Origin: a virus
Lineage: Duplodnaviria > Caudoviricetes
IMG/VR virus record: IMGVR_UViG_3300048881_000441
Span: 1 to 61,095 of that record
Direction: 5' to 3' (one strand)
DNA: 61,095 bases
This document shows, piece by piece, positions 1-9,000 of the stretch. The translations under genes were made by a program, and so were the position numbers. A model generated the notes under the pieces. The model saw nothing but the letters and a program-made list of their open reading frames with translations, was not told the origin of the DNA and searched no databases. Positions within the stretch are counted from its first letter, which is position 1. Every line of letters begins with the position of its first letter.

Positions 1-3000
1 ACATAAAATATAGGATCGGCACTAGCACTCACAAAGAATAAACTAGCCGATGGTGCTGCCGAAGTAGCCAGTGTTGCATTTGTTCCAAGAGCTATCTTTC
101 CCTGGTTACCATCAATGACAGCTACTGTACCACTCTCCAACTTTCCAGGACTCAAATCCCATCCAGCAAGTCTAGCTTTATTTGCCGTAATTAATATTGA
201 AGCATTTGCCTCACTTCCCGATACAGTTCCAGATCCACTAAATACAGCAAATCCATAAGGACTATCTACAGTTCCATCATTCAATGGAAGTTTTCCAAGT
301 ACAAGTTTAGGTTCGGCTTCATTAATGCTTCCTGTCCATATTGTCAATGCTTGTGTAGTAGAACTTAATCTTACACTACCAAATGTATTATCACTCTTTA
401 TTGATCCAGGACTCAAATCCCAACCAGCAAGTCTTGCTTTATTTGCCGTAATTAATACTGAAGCATTTGCTTCACTTCCTGATACTGTTCCAGAACCGCT
501 AAAAACAGCAAATCCATAAGGACTATCTACTGTTCCATCGTTTAGTGGAAGCTTCCCTAATACGAGTTTTGGCTCAGCTTCATTCATACTACCTGTCCAA
601 ATAGTGAGTGATTGTGAAACTGAACTTAGTCTTACACTGCCACCTGTATTATTACTCTGTATATTACCTGGAACTAAATTCCATCCAGCAATCATATTAT
701 CACCAGACCCAAGTTCAACTAAGCGATTTTCACTTCCAGTTCCAACCCCATCAAATATTTTTAATCCGTAATGTGGATTAGCATCTATCAAACCTAACCA
801 AACTCGTTCATTAGAACCATCAGTAGTTATAATTTTTCCTGACTTATCTAGTGTTAAATTTCCTCCTGTTAATGTTTCATCGTTGATACTCCAGCCAGCA
901 ATAAGACCCTCAGTTGCATTAATTCCGCCCTCTAAATAAACACTTCCTGATGCCCACATTCCAAAACCACTCAGTGTACCACTACTTCCAAAAGCAGCAT
1001 TTGCTGTAGTTATCCCAGCTAAATTACCTGTTCTCACTGCAACATTTGTAGCAGACCCTGAAACACTGAGGCCATTAACAATATCCATATATGGACCATT
1101 TGCTGATGATGCATCTAGTAATATACTTCCACCGCTTATTTTAACTACAGTGCCGCCCACTGTTAAATTATCTATATCACCCTCTATATTATCAACTGTG
1201 TACCTTGTGACACCTGACTGGGGAGTATCAGCAGTAACTGCTGCAATATCAAATTTTACACTATTGATAGTACCTGAGCCGGTTATATCAGCAGACTTGA
1301 ACCATAGACGATCATCGGCAATAAATGTCGCAGACTTCTCATCAATAATATAAACGTAATTTGATGCACTGACTGATCCGGATATGACACCACTATCGCT
1401 AATATAGAGATAACCATTCGTAGCCTTAACAGTCCCCTTCTGAAAAATATGTGTCTGAAGAGTATTGCGGACTGTGATATTATCTATCTCAAGATGAGAG
1501 CCTCCATTAGTTGTATCATAATCTATTCTCCACCCTGTTCCCATTATTCCGGAGATGAATGAATTATAAATAGTATCGCCGGTTCCATCTAATATGATGT
1601 CCTCGCTGAATGTAGCATCTCCAGTAAAGTTTCCAGTTGTACCTGAGATTGCACCTCCAGTATAACTTGTTCCAATAATTGCGCCAGTAGATGTAATTGC
1701 ACCAGAGCCGATGGTTTGACCAGTTGCTGTAATAGCGCCAGTAGTAGTTAGTCCAACGCCGGTAAGTAGTCCAGTAGAAGTAATTGCACCAGAGCCGATT
1801 GTTTGATCAGTTGCTGTGATAGCACCAGTAGTAGTTAGTCCAACACTGGTGACTAATCCGGTTGCTGTTACTGTACCGATTCCCAATGAAGCCATGCTTG
1901 ACATAGCAGTGCTACCATCTCCAACAATATCTCCATTTGCGTTTATGTCACCAGATACTGTTAAGTCATCATCAATTTGAGCATCATCTGTTGAGTAAAG
2001 ATGTTCTGCTTGAACAGTACCACTAGCAGTTATATCATCTGTTGAAGTTATTTGTTCTGCTTGAACTGTTCCGGTTGCTGTTACTGAACCAATTCCCAAT
2101 GAAGCCATAGATGAAATAGCAGTGCTACCATCTCCAGCAATATTTCCATTTGCGTTTATGTCGCCACTAAATGTAACAAGGCGTTTGTATTCAACCTCAG
2201 GTTTGGCATATACAGTGGTATCAGTAGTATAAACTGAGCTTATGGTCATAGCTTCCATATTGGCTCTATCAACCGTACCAGCACCCAACCACCTTACGCG
2301 AACTGTGCATACGTTCTGCGTTGTTGATCGATGGACGAGTGGAACATAATACTTAAAATTTGCTGAATCAAAAGACCATTCACCAATAGCAAAATGGTCA
2401 GCAGCTGTGCCAAGTACTTCAGAATACCTTGATTCATTAGTGTAAAAAGCACCATTATAAAGCCCTACTCCAAATGTCTTAGTAACTACCCCCGGAGCAT
2501 TGGCGTGCCAATAAGAACTCGCTATTGAAATCTCACACGTTCCCCAAAAAGCTCCGCTTACTGGTAATTCAATATTTGCTTTTTGATGGTCGTCAGTTTC
2601 AGCTCCTCCTAAAAAGGTAAAGGTAAAACTTTTTTCAGCTGAATAGACACCTCCAATAGTTCCTGTTGAAGCAATATTCCCACTAAATGTACCTGCGTCT
2701 GCAGTAAGTGTTCCTGTAAGAGTAGGACTTGCAGACAATACGACATTACCTGTCCCTGTTGAAGTTGTTACACCTGTTCCGCCTCTGGCTACTGATAAGG
2801 TTCCAGTTGTTCCAGCTACTATTGGTAGACCAGTTGCGTCTGCTAACGCAAATGCAGGTGTGGCATCTGAGCCGCCGAGTGATAATTGTATTCCACCGTA
2901 AGACACTGTGCTGTTTGATAATTTACTATTAGCAATTGAACCAGCCAACATGGCATTAGTAACCTCAGTTGAACCAATAGATATTGTTACATTACCTGTT

Positions 3001-6000
3001 GCTCCGCTTACATCGATGCCATTTCCCGCAACAGCTGTTGCTACATAATTTCCTGTTGTACCTGTGCCTAGTGTTATTTGTCCACCACCTGCTGCATTAG
3101 CATGAGTATGCGTCGCGTTTGCAAAACTTGCTATTGTTGGTGTTGTTAAAGTTTTATTTGTTAGTGTCTGTGATAATGTATCTAAGACAACATTGCCGTC
3201 TGCATTTGGTAATGTAATTGTTCTATCTGCAGTTGGATTTGTTACACCTAAATTTGTTTCAAAATCATCTGATGATTCGCCTTCAAATGTTACTGAACTG
3301 GTTACGACAAGTGTTGCAGTATTAACAAATGTCTGTGTTCCGGAAATGTCTATATTGGGAACTATTAATTTTTGTGTGCTTGGATTATACGTGAACACAC
3401 CTGTATCATCTAATAGCGCATTAGATCCATTATGATACGGTATAGCAAAATCAGTATTTGTAGAGCTATCATCTGTAACAGTTACAGCAGCTGCTAATGT
3501 TGCGTTTGCTGCAGTACCAGTAGTATTCTGATTCCAAGTTGGAACGGTCCCTAATTTTGAATAAGCAATGGCAGCATCAGATTTTACATCTGCATCGATA
3601 ATAACGCCGGCAGCTATTGTAGTTGCATTTCCTACAGAAGTTACATCTCCTGTCAAGTTAGCATTAGTAGTTACTGTGGCTGCATTACCAGTGGTACTTT
3701 GATTCCAGGTTGGAATTGATCCTAATTTAGAATAAGCAATTGCAGCATCAGATTTTACATCTGCATCGATAATAACACCGGCAGCTATTGTAGTTGCATT
3801 TCCTACTGAGGTAATGTCCCCAGTTAAATTAGCATTAGTAGTTACCGTACTTGCATTACCTGTTGTAGACTGATTAAATGTTGGCCACGTAAAAGTGCCT
3901 GTAGAAAAATCTCCAGACCCTGGAGTTCCCAATACTGGTGTTACTAATGTTGGTGAATTTGCAAATACTAATGCTCCAGTTCCAGTTTCATTCGTTACTG
4001 CTGATATTAAATTTGCTGAAGTTGGTGTTGCTAAAAATGTTGCTACACCACTCGCCAAGCCACTAACACCTGTTGATATTGGTAAGCCAGTTGCATCTGC
4101 TAATGCAAATGCTGGTGTTAGGTCTGAAGCACCTAATGCAACCGTAATTCCTCCAAAATTTACATTATCTGATGCTAATTTTGCAATTGGAATTTCATCA
4201 TTATCAACAGTGATATTTGAAAAATCTGTGTAATAAGTTCCCGTTTGTCCATCTAATAAATCTGCATCTAGTCCGCTTCCAGCGCCATCAACTGTTTTGA
4301 TTGCTGTTAGTATTTCAGCGGCAGTTTGATCTGCGGTTGCGCCGGATTCAACAGAATCTAATAAAGTTTCTTGAGCATCTGTCATTAATCTTTTGTTTGA
4401 TGCATCTGTAAAATTAGTAGTTGTAAATGTAGGTGTTGCTCCACTAACAACTGATTGGTTTAATGCTTTTACATCTGCGATACTTGTTAATTCACTATCC
4501 ATTAACGCGCCAGCATCTTCTACATTTGTTGCATCAGTTACGTCTGCACCTGCTTCAACTCCTGTAGTAGCACCAACTGTCAAATTTGCGGCCGTTCCAC
4601 TAATGTTTGTACCAACTAATGTACTTGGTGTTCCTAAATTTGGTGTTGTTAAAGTAATTCCAGCAAGTGTTAATGCAGCATTTGCTCTATTAAATGCAAT
4701 TGAAGTTGTCCCAATGTACATTGTATGCGCTGGTTGAAGTGCGGAATCTGCTGTTGATCCTTGTGTTGAAGTTGCGTATGCAGTTGCTGCCGTTATTGCG
4801 GCTGTGCCTAATCCTAAAGTTGTTCTTGCATTTGAATTAGCCACATCATCTATAAGTGATGCCCCAAATGTGGAGATTGTTGTACTTGCAGGAAGTGAGA
4901 GTGTCTTAATATCTGCATCTACTTCATCATCCATCAAAGCTCCTGCAGATCTGACATTATCTTCATCAGTTACGTCTGCGCTAGGTTCTATTGCGTATAG
5001 ATAATCAAACATCTCATCCGACATTACGCCCCAATTATCCGTATCAGCTAACGGTAGAACTGCATTAGTACCGTCACTTGAAATCACGTCTAACTTAGTT
5101 CCATTTCGGTTCACGCTTAAATTGGTGGTAACGTTATGATTTACGTCAGAGACTTTGGCATTGTTAACCTCATGCTCATCGAACATTTCATCAGACATTA
5201 CGCCCCAATTATCCGTATCAGCTAGTGGTAGAACTGCATTAGTACCATCACTTGAAACCACATCGATCTTTGTACTATCACGACTTACACTGAGGTTTGT
5301 TGTTACATTATGATTTACGTCAGAGACCTTAGCATTGTTAACCTCATGCTCATCAAACATCTCATCAGACATTACACCCCAATTATCCGTATCAGCTAAC
5401 GGTAGAACTGCATTAGTTCCATCACTTGAAACCACATCGATCTTTGCGCCGTTACGACTCACGCTGAGGTTAGTTGTTACATTGTGGTTTACATCTGAGA
5501 CTTTAAGGGTATTTGCTGCTACTGCGGTGTTATTAGCTACCTCAGTATCAAAATCACTAACAGCTGATGCGGCTATTTGTCCGCCAGTTGTAGAACCTGC
5601 ATGTGTATGATTTGCATTTTCCCAACCAGCTGCAGCAATAGATGGTGTTGTTAAAGTAATTCCAGCAAGTGTTAATGCAGCATTTGCTCTATTAAATGCA
5701 ATTGAAGTTGTGCCAACATACATTGTATGCGCTGGTTGAAGTGCGGAATCTGCTGTAGTTGTTGTCGATGTTAAAACAGCATCTCGTGTAAATATGTCTA
5801 CTCCGTCTACTGTGCCTGAAAGTATTATATTGCCAGCAAATGTAACGTGTTCATCATCCCCAATAGTAATCACTGTCTGATCTGCATTATCGTCTATTCC
5901 AGTAGATGTAAAACCTGTTAGCGTCCCAGTGCCAATTACATCATCCAATGTGTCGAATGGTAATATATGCGCGTGATTACCCCTTGCGTACTCATCTGTA

Positions 6001-9000
6001 TTACCTGCGAAAGCGTATGCTTCTACTGTGTTTGGATCAGCGTCATATGCTTGTAATTTTGGTGCTGCAAAACGGCCGAAAACTCCTGCACCTCCCATTG
6101 CAGATCTTCCTGTTACAGACTTTCCAAATGCCATCCCACCTTCATTAGAGCTTCTCATATCCATGCCAGCAGGCGTCATTTTTAAATATGAGTTTTCTGA
6201 TTGGTATAATAGGAAGCCTGTTTGTGAAATTTGTATTTTTGGCTGATCTTGAACTAATCTAAAATTATCAAAACTTAATTCTGTGTATGGGTACTTTGCG
6301 CTTTCTGGTTTGACATTTGCAGCGCTTCCTGTGACTGGTTCTGGAAGAAGACCTGCGCCTTTCATGTACTTGTATATAGGGTCTAATTTTAATTCTTCAT
6401 ACAGATCTTCTGATGTTTTAAATTCTATATCTGAATTTATTGAACCAGATAATACTATTCTTAACTTATGTGTGCTTTCAGGTAGCTGATTTGATGATTT
6501 TATTGATGTGTATCTTGTTGCTAAATCATATGCTCCAAATCCGTCAGATCCGGTGGATGCTGGTATAAATTGCTTCCACTCACTGTCCCCTGTTGACCAA
6601 TAATCTACCTTATACTTTTGAGACTCTAAGCCCCTATCATATCCGGCTCCTGCTAATGAGTGCGACATTTTGCCAACAAACGCAAATGAAATTACATTAC
6701 CGCCAACCCAAGTATTTGACGCTTGACTACTAGCACTTACTTCTTGTATTAGAGTATATTGATTTTCATCAATATCAGCTATTTTAGCTGCAGCATATGA
6801 AGCAGAAATACTAGCATCACTTGAACTAAGTGCTGCAATAGGTGCTAAATATCCGGGACGAACCACATCAAAAGTAGAATCTCCCACAAGTGCTTTATTA
6901 AATTGTGTAAAGTTGGCTCCTGTCCTCTTTGTTATAGAATGAGAAACAGGCCCAATAGCACTAAATGACCAGCTTACAATGTCTAGTGGTGAAGCACTTG
7001 TTCCAACATGATAACCATCAGATGAAAAGCTATTCAGTGGATCATCTTCAAAGCTATCATTCTTTGCCTCATCTGTCGCAGCCCCTATTTCATATAATGA
7101 TCCTGAAATAATTGAAACTACATCATTTTGGTACTGGTCACGTATAACAAATCCTGGTCCACCCGTCCCATCAGATTTTGCTAATCTATCTGCAAATATT
7201 TGAATATCTTTATTGGAAGATTCAATTGACGCAGATGTCATTGACCACCCACCAATAGTTCCTGCTGATGCTGTTATTTCACCAGCAGTTGAAACAAAGA
7301 AATTAGATGCAGATATTTCTCCACCGTCTAATTTAATAATTGGGACATTATTTGTGCCACCTGTAGCATGTAAAAGTAGCTCTCTAGAATTTCCCAATGA
7401 CATTGAAGCCTCTGGGCTAGACAATGTAAATCCGGATGATGAAATATTTAAATCAGTAACATCTATTTCTATGTCTGATCCGGCCAATGTAAAGGCATCA
7501 TTAACAAATGAAAGAAAGCTACTTGGATCACCTAATCTAAACTCTCCAGATGATGACATAAACACACCCGTCCCACCAGTCAATGTTGGTGTAGTGCCTA
7601 AAGCAACTGTCCCAATAGTAGAATTAATATCAAAATTATCTGTATCTAATATAAATGATGGTGCCGCAATTTCAACACCTGACCCAGATATTTTTGCAGC
7701 AGATGCTGTTATTTGACCACTTGATTTTAGTCTTAATTTATTGTTTGAAGATGCTATCTCTATAGAATCGATATCAAAATTAGCTATTGTTCCTGTAGTA
7801 TTAGCAGTTATAGTATTTGCTACAATGTCACCTGTAATATTTGCCGCAGATGCAGTAATCTGTCCTGCATGCGTCACACTAAATGCCGGTGTTCCACCTG
7901 TCCCTGCTGTGAAAGCATGAGCTTGTCCTGCTGGGTGCATTCCGACACCTGTTGATGTTAAGCCTGTACTTGCTACAGTAAAATTAGCTATGTTCCCTGC
8001 TGTAGTTGCAGTAATTGTGTTAGCTGTAATGTCACCTGTAATATTTGCTTCAGACGCAGTAATCTGTCCTGTCGGTGTTACTTGAAAATCAGAAGACGAT
8101 ATGAAAAATGAGCCATCTGACGCGCCATCTAAAAAGAATGACGTTCCTTGTTTTAATTGCGTCCCATTAATCTCAAATCCAGCTATTTTACCTGCTGACG
8201 CAGTCATTTCACCTGCTGAAGAGACCTGGAAATAAGATGATGATATTATATAGGCACCAGCTGGTTCAAGCTTGACAATATTATTATCATCAACAATACT
8301 AGTTGCTGATATTGACCAACCTGCTATGCCTCCTCCAATAATATCGCCGCCAACTGTAGTACCACCGGAAACATAAATGTCAGAAGCTGATACATCTCCT
8401 TTTGCAGATACATTAAAATTTGAGGCAGATATAAATAAGTCATTATTAGTTGCTGATGCACTTATAAAAAAAGAATCTGTGTAAAGAGCATCATCTGATA
8501 TGTTGAATGCAGCTATTTTTCCTCCCGTAAATAACACATTAGAACCAGTAATATCTCCTGATGCTTTAACATTAAATGGGGCACTTCCTGACGCAGCTAA
8601 TGATGTAGCACCAGCAAAAAATCTTGTATCCCCTGCTGATGATAATCCAGTATACGTTGGATCTGTAAAATAGTGTAATGTATTTGGTGCTATTGTCCAA
8701 TTTCCTATATACCCCTCAGATGAAGTTAGCACACCTTCTATTTTTGCACCACTTGCAAATAATTGGCCACTTGAAGATATTGCAAAATCTGTGCCAAACC
8801 TTACATAATAACTTCCGGGGGTGAAATCTATATAATATCCGTCTAAAGGATTGCTATCAGGGCCCGCATCTGATTTATATAGAGCTGCTCCGTCTGCATC
8901 TAATGTAGCATTAGAACCACTTAATTTGCCCTCAATAATTTGCCAATCACCGATATATCCTTCTGTTGCTGTGACAGATCCTGACATAATAACATCACCA

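Noticed and set aside
4641-5755. Diversity-generating retroelement TR/VR pair
   Set aside because: Only about 3 mismatches, not adenine-specific; both copies lie inside one ORF; no reverse transcriptase in the window.
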